A stretch of DNA of 60,099 nt, the filler included, from Basidioascus undulatus (lineage: Eukaryota), in NCBI GenBank assembly GCA_000826855.1. It is 4 parts of 4 records of this genome, joined end to end, with 100 filler letters (N's around TTAATTAATTAA, not from the genome) between each part and the next. Parts side by side here need not be neighbours in the genome. Positions count along the whole stretch, not along the records: positions 1 to 14,960 come from JTLS01000676.1; 3 more parts are not named here. One strand, written 5' to 3'. This document shows positions 1-12,730 of the stretch, in pieces. The position numbers were made by a program, and so were the translations under genes. How positions within the stretch are numbered: position 1 is the first letter of the stretch; each line of letters opens with the position of its first letter. The notes under the pieces were generated by a model. That model searched no databases. It worked only from the letters and a program-made list of their open reading frames with translations, and was not told where the DNA came from.

Positions 1-2696
1 CTTGGCTGTTGCCAGTCGGTGTTGGCGATGAGATGCTGCAGGGTGTGTTAGATCTTTTCTCTCTGTCACGGTCGCGTGACTGATCATCTGAAATCACTCC
101 TGACCTAGGTTCTCCGGCGGAACATCTTCGCTGGTGTTAGCAGTCATTCTTGCGTGCTTTGCGCTCTCAGCGGTATCCTCCATGAGCGGGATCAGACATT
201 ACGACGTCTGTGACATTACTAGGATAATGACCTTCTGAATTAGGCCTTACCACGCGCCCTCGTGTACAGTCTCCGCTGCAAGCAGTCCTGCGGCCAAGGT
301 TTCAGTGGTCCGCGAAGGCCTCATTCAGTGCTTGCCTAGGGAATTTCCTGCGGTCAATCGACCAACCTTCATCACTGGGCTTATCAGAGTTACACAACAG
401 TTACTGATACTGAAGTTTCGGTCATTATGCTTTACAACTTGAGGCGCAACTGCACAGGCTTCGCAACGACCGTAAGCCCTTTCCAAATGGACCTTTGCAC
501 TTCAGATTTTCCCCTGAACGCTTATCCTAGAGGATGGTGTTATTGGTGAGCGTAAAATCTTCTGAAAGCAAGTCTTATCACACAGCGGCTGCCGTGCTTT
601 TTCAAGAATCTCCTCGTATTGATTGAATGGGCCAGGGGAGGGCTGCATGGAAGAGCTGGCCGACCTTCACGGCTGTTCAATCGTACGCGCTCGACACTGA
701 TCGCACATCCGCGTGGAGGCATCCCATTGCACGAAACGATCGATGCACCTCTTCTTGATTGTAACCGAGAGCTTAGAATATTCCGGTTGTGGTGTAGGGG
801 CTCAGTGTGCGGCTCCAAACCCATGCAATGGGTTGGCAAGCGTCAGCCAGTCCATCGTCTGCTGCCCCTGCTTAACGAAATTTACGGGGAATCCGTTTGC
901 CTTCCAAGGATTTGAGTCTCAAAACTCTATCCAGGTGTCAGGGACTCGCTCCTTCAGGCTTTATGGTCGCTAACCACTGAGGATTCGGCGCAGAATGCAC
1001 ACACGCGATACACTGCACCCTGTCTTCATCCTCGAGCTAGGCTTTACGGACTCCCTGTTGGATTGAAAGATTTGCATTCTATTCAAGAGCGACCTCTGTA
1101 ACAGTGTCTCGACAGTGCCGGCTACCAGTAATAGCCTAGGGCGAGCTCGTAGATGGTCTAATGAAGCTCGCGTTTGAGTGCACACTCGCCATAAAGGTGA
1201 TGCACACTTATAGAGCTCATCCTATTCTCGTGAGGTTTTCATTTTATCTTTACTCAGCAGAGATACTGACATTATCTCTTTTCCAGGACTATGCTGGGCA
1301 AGAACCACGGATAGGCGACACTTTTCTCATGACCGTCAGTTCTTCCTCTGTCTTACTGAACAACTTCCCCCAATAGCTTCGGCTTTTTCTGGTACGTAAC
1401 TAGCCCGATAGGTTAGGCTGACAGTGCGCAGAATCGTTCGCTAACACCTTTGGTGCTTGAACAGGCTCATCATCTGCCTGACATACGCACACAGCCTCGT
1501 CTACACCCTTTCCACTTATGAAACACCTGGGGACTTCGAGGACAACGTAATCGAACCTCACAAACATCTGCTCTGTTCGCAGTCGAGCCGACTTCCGGGA
1601 CATGATGAACGGCGTTCAGACAAGTTCGCGCGGTATGTCATTGAACAGCCGCAATGGGTCTGGGCACCCACCGTAGGGGAGCGATGCAGTTCGGGACCGA
1701 TTCTGAGTCGAAGTCGTTGAGAGGCAAGTCTTGAGCCGCAGTACTAGAACAAACTGACTTGGGTTGGGTGATTGTGATACGGCCGTTGCTCTCAAGCTTT
1801 TGCTCTGAAGAGCCTGGCCGCGTTGGCATTGTCTAACATAAAGCGGGAGGAATGCTGCACAGCTGTCATGGACGAAGGAGAAGTACTTGCCGAGCGGTGA
1901 GGGTGATTCCACACCAAGAAAGGCGTTCACATAAGCAAATCTACATTAAATGCTGTAATAGCTACGAAGCAAAGTCCTCTGAGGAGGAGGGGGAAGTGGA
2001 TGCGGGCGGTTGAGTGAGCGATGGGCAGGCTGCCCGGACCCGTCTCCTGGTCGCCGGCTGAGGGCTCACTGAACGATACGTGACTCAGGCCTTGTTGATT
2101 ATAATTGCCTTTCAGCCGATCAGCAGCAATATTCCTATTCTCAAATTGAGTTGTATTATTATACTGTGTCGCGTGGGGTGCGTTGCATGACCAATCCATC
2201 ATAGAGGCGGCCGTCGTTGTGAAAAACATTGACGCGGTCGACTGCGCTTGTGCACTATCGCTCGCCACTTCATGATCATAGGCCACCCGGCTATTCTTGC
2301 AAGCCCGCCGCGCCCTGCGAGAGTATCTACAAGTCCCGGGGGTATGTTCTTGCATAGTAAGCTGCTCATAAGCCGACAACGCCTATGGGCGGCCGCCGTC
2401 GAAATTGGCTGCGGCTCGGGCCGGAAACTCACTCATACACTTCGCCAGCGACGCACTGCCGGATAATCCAACGTGTACTGTTCATCGTTCATCCTGGTCC
2501 TTGATCGCGACAACGAACCGACCGATGGATAACTCAGCGTCCTAGTCCAGTGATACGCCCGCCCGACTCCAGCACAGGTACATAAGGGACTACCCGCCAC
2601 CCGCGAGCGCTCGCGAAGTCCCTCAGTTCTACCTTGCACCAGCACTCATCATCCACACCTTAAATACACCACTCCCCATAACTCCTAGCGAACATC

Positions 2697-5018
2697 ATGG
2701 TCTCTGCTGTACGATCTTGTTGGAAATACCGATTCGAAACCCCTCAACGCTCATGTTTACTCTGTTGCTCGCAGGACTCTTTCAGAGCCCTCTCGCCTAC
2801 ACTTGCCCGGGATCTGCGCATTCGAATCATCGGCGCGGGCATCGCCGGCCTCGCTTGTAGCCTGGCATGCAAGAGGGCTGGGTTCAGAAACGTAAAAATC
2901 TTTGAAGGCGCGCCACAAATCGCTGAGGTCAGTTGTCCGGCAAGATTGTGGTTGCTGAAACGGACTGACTGACTCATGGGTGTGCAGGTTGGCGCAGGCA
3001 TTCAAGTGGCACCAAACCAGAGGTAGGACAGGAATTCAAGCTCTACAATACCAGGCTGGTAATGCTGAAGGTTGCGAACCCAGTCGCATTCTTCGGCGAC
3101 TGGGCGTTTTGGAGGATCTGCGGCCGCACGCTGTGGCGCTGACGGAAAACTCGCTGAGACGTACGGTTCTCTTATTTTATCTATTAGATCTCAGGGCTCA
3201 TTTAATCTTGCACACACTGAAGGCTACGCCGACAACAGCGTGCTTGGCCACGCACCACTCATGCCGCAAGCCGAGGAGAAATACGGCGCTCGTGCGTTCT
3301 TGTCTTGTCTCGCAATGCATCATAGGCTAACGCAACCTGTCCCTAAAAAGCTCTCTGGGTCACGCACCGAGCTGATCTTCAGAGAGTGCTTCGAGAAGGC
3401 GCTGAACGTGCGGGCGTCGCAATTCGTACAAACTCGCGAGTCGTCCATGTGGACTTCGCTTTGAATCGACTCAAAGTGGAGGGACTGGAGGACTGGGTCG
3501 AGGGCGATGTGATTATTGCAGCCGATGGTGAGTCTGGTAATAACTGATCAAAGCTCATTTTCCTGGAAACTGGACCTCTCACCCCCCTTTTAGGTGTCAA
3601 ATCCCTTGTGCGAGCACAAATCGCTGAAATGCATGGGACGCGTGACCGCGGTATGGCTGCCTGTACCAAGGGACCTTCTAAGCGGTTGTTGATGATGTTC
3701 AACATGCACTCTACAGCTCATGCGACGGGCGATGCGGCATACCGGATCCTTATCCCTCGAAGCAAGCTCGAGCACGAGCCTGAACTGCTCGAACTCCTGG
3801 ACAACAGCATCGGGTACCGGTGGATGGGACCCGGCGGGCATATCATGGTGCGCACCGTGGCTGCGGCATCCCCGGACGAGCTCAAGGCTGATATTTTCGT
3901 ACTTCCTGTAGGCTTACCCGATCAGCAACCACGGGGTAGGTTCTTTGGCGACCGATAAACTGCGGAATATAGCTGAGAGCGTGAACAGCTCTTCAATATG
4001 GTCCTCCTGCACCCGGACACAAACAACACGAGCGAGAGCTGGACGACATGTGGATCTAAGCAGCAGATGCTTGACTTCTACAAAGAGTGGAATCCCCGTG
4101 AGTCTCTTTTCCAACACGACGCGACTGGATTGACGGCTGACGCTGCTTTCCGGCGTCACGCAGTCATCCAAAAGCTGCTCAAGTATACGCCTCCGGACGA
4201 AGTGATGGAGTGGAAGTTGATGGACCACGATAAGCTGTGTGTACATCTCGCTCTGTACACAGGGCTTTATCGCGACGCTAACCAACTTAAACGCTCCCGC
4301 CAGGCCGACCTGGGTGGAAGGCAACACCGCCCTCATTGGCGACAGCTGCCACCCTATGTGCGTCTCCTCGCCTATTTGTACACATAAGAGCCAGCTGAAT
4401 GTTTCATACAGGCTGCCGTACGTGGCCCAAGGCGCTGCACAAGGTGTCGAAGACGGTGCAGTCATCGCAGCCGTCCTCAGCGGGCTCGAAAGCAAAGACA
4501 AGATTCACGATGCGCTGCGGCTTTACGAGGTCAGCCTAAACTTCTTCCAAATTGAACCCCACACTATGAATTCTTACTTCTTTGTGAGTGAATAGGAGGT
4601 CCGGAAAGAGCGCGCCGAGCGCATTCAGGCGTCTGCGGCCGAGAACCGGATAACCTTGCATCTGCCTGATGGACCGAAGCAGAGGGTGCGTGCTCCAAGT
4701 ATCCTCTACCGAATTGCATAAAAGCTGATAAGCTCTCTGAAACAACTCAGGAGCGCGACGAGCAGATCCGCCTCGCGGCACAAGGTGGACCAAATCCGGA
4801 CAAGGTGAGCTTTCTGGCACTTCGCGCTCCTGATTCTTAATCGCCTCCAGGACTGATGAGATGAAATTGACGGTGCTTCGTTTCCATAGTGGGCCGACGC
4901 ATGTTGGCAGGAGTTCATGTACGGTGTGGACGCGACTCAGGAGGCGCTGGACAGGCTGCAGAAGATCAAGGAGGGCTTGGGGCGCAAGCCGCTGCCGCAT
5001 GCGGTTGCAAACCTGTAG
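2697..5018 (+). CDS. FAD-dependent monooxygenase (salicylate hydroxylase-like), multi-exon
   Basis: Spliced reading gives the Rossmann motif IRIIGAGIAGL, then E-VGAGIQVAPN, DVIIAADG-VKS and [28 protein letters not shown]. ATG at 2697, TAG at 5016-5018, many short GT-AG introns. Confidence 0.93.
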
Positions 5019-5243
5019 AGTAGGATGAGGATCGAAGATAAAATAAGTGATTTTGAAAGGTGCGAGACGTTGCACGGCGATGGGTCCTAGGATTACAGTC
5101 GATTTCGACGCCTACAACCTGAATACAGCGCACAACGACCCGTTTTTTCCCTTTCCTGTAAGCGGGTGAGTTCTCGGCAAAGAGGTATCATGCATGCACC
5201 CAACCCGTCGCGTCCTAACCCCCCACTCCTGGCCGTCCTCGCG

Positions 5244-6909
5244 CTATCGAGCGCCCTCCACCAAGCCCTCACCCGCTGCCGGACCGCCTCGCCCCTGCTG
5301 CTGCACCCGCTCAAAGTGCGGGCGGGCCAAGCGGATGTTGATCTGGATTGCAGCCGGGACTGGACGGACGGGGAGACGATGTGGAGCCATAAGCAAGCGA
5401 TGCAGGATCGGGTTCGGAGAATGGAAGATGGGGTAAGGAGAGGATGGAGGGAGGGAACGTACGGATGCGAGGGTCGGCAGAGACGACGAGGACGTAGGTG
5501 TTTGAGGTGAGGGGCTCCAGCACAGCAGTGAATGACGGCTCGCGGATCTCGAGCGAGTTGAATTGGTCAGAGAGCTTGCTGCGCGCCGAGATAGGGTGAG
5601 AGCTCGGATTTAGTTTGCAAAGAGCGAATAAGTAAGGGAAGGCAAGGATGGATCCAAGACGTACGTGCACGACAACTTGAAAGCCTTCACGAGCTCTGAG
5701 ATCTTCTCAAACCGCTGCGGGTGCTTCTTGAGGGCGCCCGCACCGTCCTCCCCGCCAACCTCAGTCTCCCCGCCGCCGCCCTTGCGCTCGCCTCCATCTC
5801 GTTCCTGCCCGTCAGTGCTGAAGCCGGAGAAGCTGGTGTCCTCGTCGTCGCCGGTGCCTGAGCGCGCGATCACAAGGAAGGTCGTCCGCTCGAAGAGGAC
5901 GATTTCGGTCGCGCTGCAGAGGGCTGCGAAGCGCGTGAGGGAGGAGGAGAGGTGCGGGGAGGAGGGGAGGAGGAGGGTGACGATGTGGGACCAAGCCTGT
6001 GCGCCGGTGGGCGGAAGGTAGACGGCGTCAGTCGGGCAGTATCAAAGCCGGGAGAGGGCAATAGTGGTCTTATGAGAATGAACAGGACGGAGGCTTGCCT
6101 TGTAGAGAGACTCATCCCAGATGGAAGTGGCGAAGGCGCGAACGTCCCACCCGCCAGGGATGGAGATCTCCGCCGCGCGCGCGAGGATGTCCGCCCTTCG
6201 CTCGTCGAACACCTTCCGGCGCTCGCCCTCAGGGACGAGGTCCATCTTGTTGACGAGCACGAAAACTTTGACGCCGTCGTTGTCCTGTCCCGCGCCCGCC
6301 TCCGCGCCCGCGCCCGCTGCCGCCCCGCTCTCCTCCTTCCCGTCCTCCCCCGCCCCCCGGCTGAACTCCCGCAGCCCCTCGAGGCACTCCCCGAACCATT
6401 TGAGCTCCTCCTTCAGCGCAGCAGAGCCCGCGCCTGTCGTGACATCGAAGACGTAGATGAGGACGCCAACGTTGCGGAAGACGGTGTCGCGTTGGTGGGA
6501 GAGGTACGAGGAGAGAAAGGACGCTTGGCCGCCGCAGTCCCAGAGGTTGAGGGTGAGGCTGGAGAGCAGCCTGACGGAGGAAGACTCAATCGAAAGCGTC
6601 GCGCCAAGTCGTGAGGTTGTTAGGGGAGTGTGGTTGGCGCTGGGGAAGGGTGCAGGTGAACGGAAACCAGGCGGGAAAAGACGTGAAGGGGAAGACGCAC
6701 AAGATGATTGATCGCATGGAGGTCTTGCCCGAACCTATGCTTCGCCCAGCCCACGCTCACAAATGAGTGTCCCTATTCCATACAGACCCGTCGCTTTGGA
6801 CGCCTACGGACCTGATTTGCCCATCAAGAGCACCTAGAAAGACCAGGCAGGGCAAGTCAGCTCTCGGAGACGGCGGACAGCCAAGCGGGTCACCCGCCTT
6901 CTTCTTCAT
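5244..6909 (-). CDS. GTR1: Rag/Gtr1 small GTPase (TORC1 amino-acid signalling), 7 exons
   Basis: MKKK|VLLMGKS|GSGKTSMRSIIF, LNLWDCGGQ, FRNVGVLIYVFDV, FATSIWDESLYK|AWSHIV, RFEKISELVKAFKLSC, LTSNTYVLVV. ATG 6909, stop 5244-5246. Confidence 0.95.
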
Positions 6910-8403
6910 CTTCGCTTGTGATCAACGGGGAATAGGGCACGTGTCGTATTAATCTCGTGCAGATCGATGTAGGAGGCTGGAAATTGGCTGGAGCCAGAGG
7001 TGGTCAGTATCCGATCGAAGGCCCACCCGGCCTGTCCTCCTCCCTGTCCTCCTCTCGCTGCCAACCTGCCGGCTCCAAAGCTGTGAACGATGGGCATAGC
7101 AACGTACTGCGAATTTCAGGGACGACGTCTCTGATTCCAGCAGATCGATTCCTAGCAGATGGAGATCGGGTTCAAAGGTCGCGGTCGCTGGGGTCGTGCG
7201 ATGTTTGGCCGGGAATCCGCGGACTGTCCGAGAGAGAGATAAGATAACGAACGCCTGAGCTCGGTGACATGCACATTTCTTTACCCATGAGACGAATCCT
7301 TGCGCAGCATGAAAGCTCTCCTTATTTCTTTTGATTGTCTTTCTTGTCCAACTCTTCCCAGAAAGAAGGCGAGACTGCGGCCATCCGAACACAACGAACA
7401 CCACGGGAGTGCGACACACTGCACATCCACTTCCATGGAGCACATTTACGAAGCGGGATCTGAGCTACAGGAACAGTTGATTTCCACCACAGATTCAGGT
7501 CAACAATATTGACAAAACCTTAGGCCGCAGCCCCAGGCTGGACAGAGCGTGCAGCATGCATATGATGCCTGTCCCGTCCTGCAGCATCTGTATTAGTGCT
7601 TCAATGACATTTGGACTTGGAAAGTTGGCAATGTGGGTGGCTCAAGCTGTCCGATCGGAAGTCACCACCGCCCGCTCTGCGTTCTCGCAGACGAACGTCC
7701 CGTGCGAAGCTATCATTTCGTTCGGAGACGACCATCATAGTGCCCAGCCACCCTCCTCCCTCAAACTTCCAATTTAAATATACTCGCCTGTCTGTATTCC
7801 CCATCTCTGGGAGGTTAGGTTCCTGAACGCAATCGACACAGGGAGATCAGCGCCCGTTCTCAATGCAGTACCAGCCCTCCGCCCCCGTGGCAATGGTCAG
7901 TTTTCAACAACGTCGTTCGAGTTCACGATTTCCCCTTTACGGAATACAGCAATGGAAACATTCCATCAGTCAACGTCGATGAGGGGATGGATCAGGTACT
8001 ATCTTGAGTGAGAGACATCCCAGAGTGCAGTGTCCAGGAGCAGTGACCACATCAGCTGGTTGGAAGCGAAGAAGGAAGAAGCTCACAATAGCTGAGAAGT
8101 CGCACAGAGACCTGGGTTATAGGTTGGAGAGTGGAAAGGGGAGAATCAATAGAGGACCCCTGGTCGTTGCGGCGGAACCTGAGCTTGTGTATCCTTGGTT
8201 CGTCGCGCCGCCTGAGGCCTCGTATTAAAAAGGTTGAATGAAAACCATTCAATCATACTGAAGCAATGGGAATTATCCTGGCTCATGACCTCACCTGCTT
8301 GTGCCCCGCCCTCGCGAGCTGTGTTGCCTGGTACACCGCCGCTAATTCGTCCGACATTCGCTTTACCCCGAAGTCTCTTCAAGGATTTCAAGCATTCCGC
8401 AAC

Positions 8404-8966
8404 ATGCCAAGCAGTTCCGTAAGTATGTCACCGCATTCCGTCCCAGTGTTTCTGGCCTCTGACCCCACAACTATTCCCGTCTGTGCAGGAAATCCGCGTC
8501 AAAGACGGTCCAGTACATGTTGGCGAGCGAGTGCATACCAAGTTCAGGGGTGGACAAAGGGAAGGAACGGTACGCACTAGAGTACACCTCTGAGATGAGG
8601 AGAGGCTGCTGGAAGTAGTTTTGATCGGAGATATATGATGGGATCAACGGCGACGGTAGGTCGAGGCGATCATCGGACCTGATGGCGAGCCAGTCGAGCA
8701 AGCAGGGGAGGTCAAGGTGCCAGTGGCAGTACGTTTCCTGGCACCTTCGTTACATTACTTCCCCCTAATAATTTGCAAAACTCCGATCAGAACCCACCCA
8801 AAGTAGTGTTCACTGATCGTAAGACGCCACGCGTTCAGATGCTTCCCCTGCCCTTGAGTGCGCGGACTGAAGATTGTCACCTTTAGAGCACGGCCATCAA
8901 GTTGCCCATAACCCAGGGACGCTCACTCACGCTGATAATCCCGACCCGGGCGATCGCCAAAAGTAA
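8404..8966 (+). CDS. Small conserved fungal protein, Hva1/Tudor-like (90 aa, 5 exons)
   Basis: Exons 8404-8418, 8489-8569, 8660-8728, 8791-8818 and 8887-8966, all GT-AG, total 273 nt in frame: MPSSSEIRVKDGPVHVGERVHTKFRGGQREGTVEAII...NPPKVVFTDQHGHQVAHNPGTLTH. The TKxRGG and NPPKVxFTDQHGHxVAHNPGTL motifs match my recollection of the family. Confidence 0.85.
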
Positions 8967-9627
8967 TGCGGGACTGGGGTGCAATCGTGGTTGCACCCGT
9001 GTTGTCGAACCTAGCAATATACGTGGCTTGGGTGAATGATGTGAGGGGTTCACGGCTTGACTCTACTTACTTGGAGCTTTAAGACTGCTGGTCCGACATG
9101 GAAGCTTCAGGACTGCAGTTGACAGAGGGACTTACGGGCGCCAAGCAAATTGATTGCATGCCTGTGGCATGAAGCATCCTAGGAAGGGGAACTTGAACAA
9201 GCATATGGCCTAAAGAGACTCATTACTTTTCTTTTCAGCACGACTAATTCATTGCTCTTGTATCCAAAGTATTCAACCAAACAGTCAGTTTGCTGGCAAA
9301 CCCCACCGCTTCCCCACCGCTTCCCACCCCCGATGTTCAACAATTCTGGAACGCGAGGAAACACTGGTCCTGAGCTGCACATGTGTTCAACGAAAGCATG
9401 CTTTGAATTCGAGGTCCTCATTGGGTGTGCCTCCGTTCCTTCCACTAAACACGCTGTGTGATCAATGCTTGAACATGGGCGTTTAAGGTCCACGCTAGCG
9501 ATCAATCATGCTTGCACCGCGTCGCTGTGCAAACACCGCCCTGCAGCCTCAGCAGATCGTATAAATACCTTCCTCCGGCTTATCACTCCCCCCTCAACTT
9601 CCCCTCTCCTTCTCCGGATAAGCCACC

Positions 9628-11218
9628 ATGCTCGGCCTTCTTCTCCTCGCCCTCCCCGCCGCGTCGACGCTCGCCCTGCCCAGCCCGCGCCTCGTTGCGC
9701 GCGGAACGTGGTCGTCGACGTGCACGGCGCCCGAGAGCCCGTCGTGCAGCTCCAGCGTGGCCCCTCCCGATACTTGCTGCACCAACTACCCCGGCGGTCA
9801 GGTCGTTCGTGCGTGATGACGAGAAAGGCGCGAGAGGGTAGTGTAGAAGCTAATGAGCGGTTGTCAACCAGTGACCCAGTTCTGGGAGTTCAACTCGACG
9901 TATGCTGGCCCGAGCGATGCGTGGACCATTCACGGTGCGTTCTGAAGTTTTTGAAGGCTTCTAAGCAACTACTGATGTTGAATCGAGACTAGGTCTCTGG
10001 CCTGACCAGTCAGTGCGCTGCTGTATGACAGTATTGGGGCACGGTTGTGGTTGACTGTCGTTTTCATCAACTCGAATCCTGAATCATAGCTGCGGTGTGT
10101 TCTCCGATTTCGCCCGAACACATAGTATAGGCCAAAGAACGGCTGACATGAATGCACGTAGATGGCTCATACGACTCCTCCTGCGACCCGTCCCGTGAGG
10201 TGACTGACAGCATCGCGGACATCCTCGTATCGAAAGGGGAGCAGGCAACCCTTGACTATATGAACACAGTGAGATGTCTGCTCTGTAGGGTTTTCGGTGA
10301 TCACAGACAAACGTATCATGGGTGGACAAAAACAGTGGTGGCCGGATTGGAAGGGCGACAACCAATACTTCTGGTCGCACGAGTTTAACAAGTAGGTTAT
10401 TTGAATGTTGTGGTTCTTTTCCCAATTGTGAGGACGTATTGCTGAAACATCAATCGAAGGCATGCAACCTGCATTTCCACCCTCGAGCCGTCATGCATTG
10501 CGAACTACCAGCCGCAGGATGACGTTTGTCCTGGCCCTGTCACTTCAAATTCCTTGTATGCTGATGATAAATATGGTAATCAAGGTTGCAGTATTCTTCA
10601 ACAAGGTTCGCTCATTCGAATGCTACCCTTGCTCAGCCTAGCACCTTTTCTAACCGCCCCGCCCGTCCGCTCTGTTAGGCGGTGGAGATCCAGAAGGTCT
10701 GCCCTGTGGGAATATTCCCTCCAGCATTGGAGTTGCTCAATTATTCATTGGATCTACAGACTCGCCCAACTTACGAGTTTCTTGCTGCCGCCGGTATCGT
10801 GCCCAGCACGACCGCAACCTATGCGCTAAGCGACATCATGGCGGCTCTGGAGAAGGCCACCGTGTGTTTCTCCTTCTAAAATACCTCCATACCTTGGTAC
10901 TAAACACTTTATTTAATTTCAGGGTGCAAAGCCCACTGTCCGCTGCACCGGTGGTGCATTGCACGAGCTTTGGTGTGTCTTGTTTGCTACACTTCCCATA
11001 TGCCTCGACCTGATGTTGCGGGCGGAGGACATCAGGTACAGCTACTACGTGTCTGGCAGCATCATGTGAGTATTTGCGTCAAGTATCAACTGTGACCTTC
11101 TCGGACTCATATCCAGCGCCTGTTCTGCAGCGATGGGACGTTTCACGCAACGGACGCCGTCGGTACGGACAGCAACTGCCCTGAGCAGGTCTCGTACCCG
11201 TTCAAGAAGACGGCGTGA
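9628..11218 (+). CDS. Secreted ribonuclease T2, multi-exon
   Basis: Signal peptide MLGLLLLALPAA, DTCCTNYPGG, CAS-I WTIHGLWPDHCDG and CAS-II FWSHEFNKHATC after splicing. TGA at 11216-11218. Confidence 0.95.
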
Positions 11219-12225
11219 GCTCATAGGATTGGGTAAGAGGTGTCGGAAGTTTTATCCAAAGCCATTTATACTCGGGAACATTTTCATTTGGGCAAATACA
11301 TGCGCTTTGAGAACCTAAGCAGTGGCTAAGGCCAGCTAGAACGATGCATAACACTGCAGTTCGCACGCTCTACTTCCACCCAAGTTCAGATTGAGGGAAG
11401 TATCGAGAAAACGAAGAATCACATGCAAGGTCTTCTCGTACCTCGCTTCTCAGACTTTTCTTCCACCCCTTGACGACCTCCCAGCCACGGCCCAACAGTT
11501 TATGTGGTCTGTGCGGAGGCGTTCGATCTTGATCCAACCCCCATTCTCGGGTAGTGCCTTTCTAGGAGTTTCTCCTTTTACACTCTCCTGACAGCAATCG
11601 TCCTCAATGTAATGCCCGTTGCAGACGGCGACGCGGGTCCTTGATTCGACATGGAATGGATTATGACAAGCTCGGGGAATCTGTGCGCCCTTTAGGGCCT
11701 ATGTGCTCGCCGTCGAGCGCTTCCATGCAATCTCAGTCGAAGTTGTTGCATTGATCTGCATCTGATTAACGTCGTGCGGCATCCCCCCAAGCTACTTAGA
11801 ATTGGAGGTCAGCATGCTTATAATTTGTCACGGCAACAGGTGAAATAGGCAAAGTCAGGCGAATGGCAGGCAGGCAGTCGGTGAGACGCTGTCGATTGAA
11901 GTGCAACCGTGAACCATCTAGGCATGAACGAGTCCAGTGTGAACGTGGACAAGAATAAACATCCTGCACATGAGTACAAATGTAACAAAGACGGGGGAGG
12001 TCAAAAGCAAGCAAGCGATCGAGCGAGCAGGGTGCGGCAACGTATATGCATGTGCGTCGGACGGGGCAAAACACGACAAACAATGCGCAGGAAAACGAGT
12101 GAAACTGTCCGCGCTGCGAATCTCGTTAGCGTGCAAGGCTTAGGGTATGGCACTATAGCACGATGGCAAGGTAGGGTACAAGTGGAGAAGGGAAGGGGGG
12201 ACGTGAGGGGAGGGCGGAAGGGTCG

Positions 12226-12730
12226 TTAGGCCGTGACGAAGTATGCGAGGGCAATGACAATGTAGAGGGTCATCAACCTGTGGCACAGTCAAGACGGTCC
12301 AGATTAGATCTCACCGCAGGAGAGTGTGAGGAGGGGGAAGGAGGTGAAACCCACATCGCGCCCTCGAGCCAGTTGCTCTTGCCGTCCTGCACGAGGAGGT
12401 TGACGAGAAGGACCGAGACAAAGAGGGAGATGGTCTCGAAATTGGAGAAGAAGAGCTGGTGGGGCGAGGCGGTAAGTCGGGGTCAGTCAAGGTTCCGATA
12501 AGCGCTTCCGTGCGGGACGACGCACAGTGAGGTCCTTGTGCATGATCCAGCCCTGAAAAAGGAAGCACGAGCACCAAATGGTTAGATATGGACCCCAGAA
12601 AGCATAGAAACGGTCCCCGCATACCAAAACAACGAGCAGAGGCACGAGGCACACTGCTATCTGGATGCTGGAGCCCACGGAGACGGCGATGGCCAGCTCC
12701 ATCTTGCCCTTGTACGCCATCCAGACCGAG
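12226..12730 (-). pseudogene. VCX1: Ca2+/H+ exchanger (CAX/VCX1 family), 3' four exons only, 5' part not found
   Basis: SVWMAYKGKMELAIAVSVGSSIQIAVCLVPLLVVL|GWIMHKDLT|LFFSNFETISLFVSVLLVNLLVQDGKSNWLEGAM|LMTLYIVIALAYFVTA*. No upstream exon with GNAAEH is recognisable in 12731-14960. Confidence 0.8.

Noticed and set aside
1..1720. Intron-like signals and short frames (DYAGQEPRIGDTFLMT, TYETPGDFEDNVIEPHK)
   Set aside because: I could not build a consistent gene model or recognise a family.
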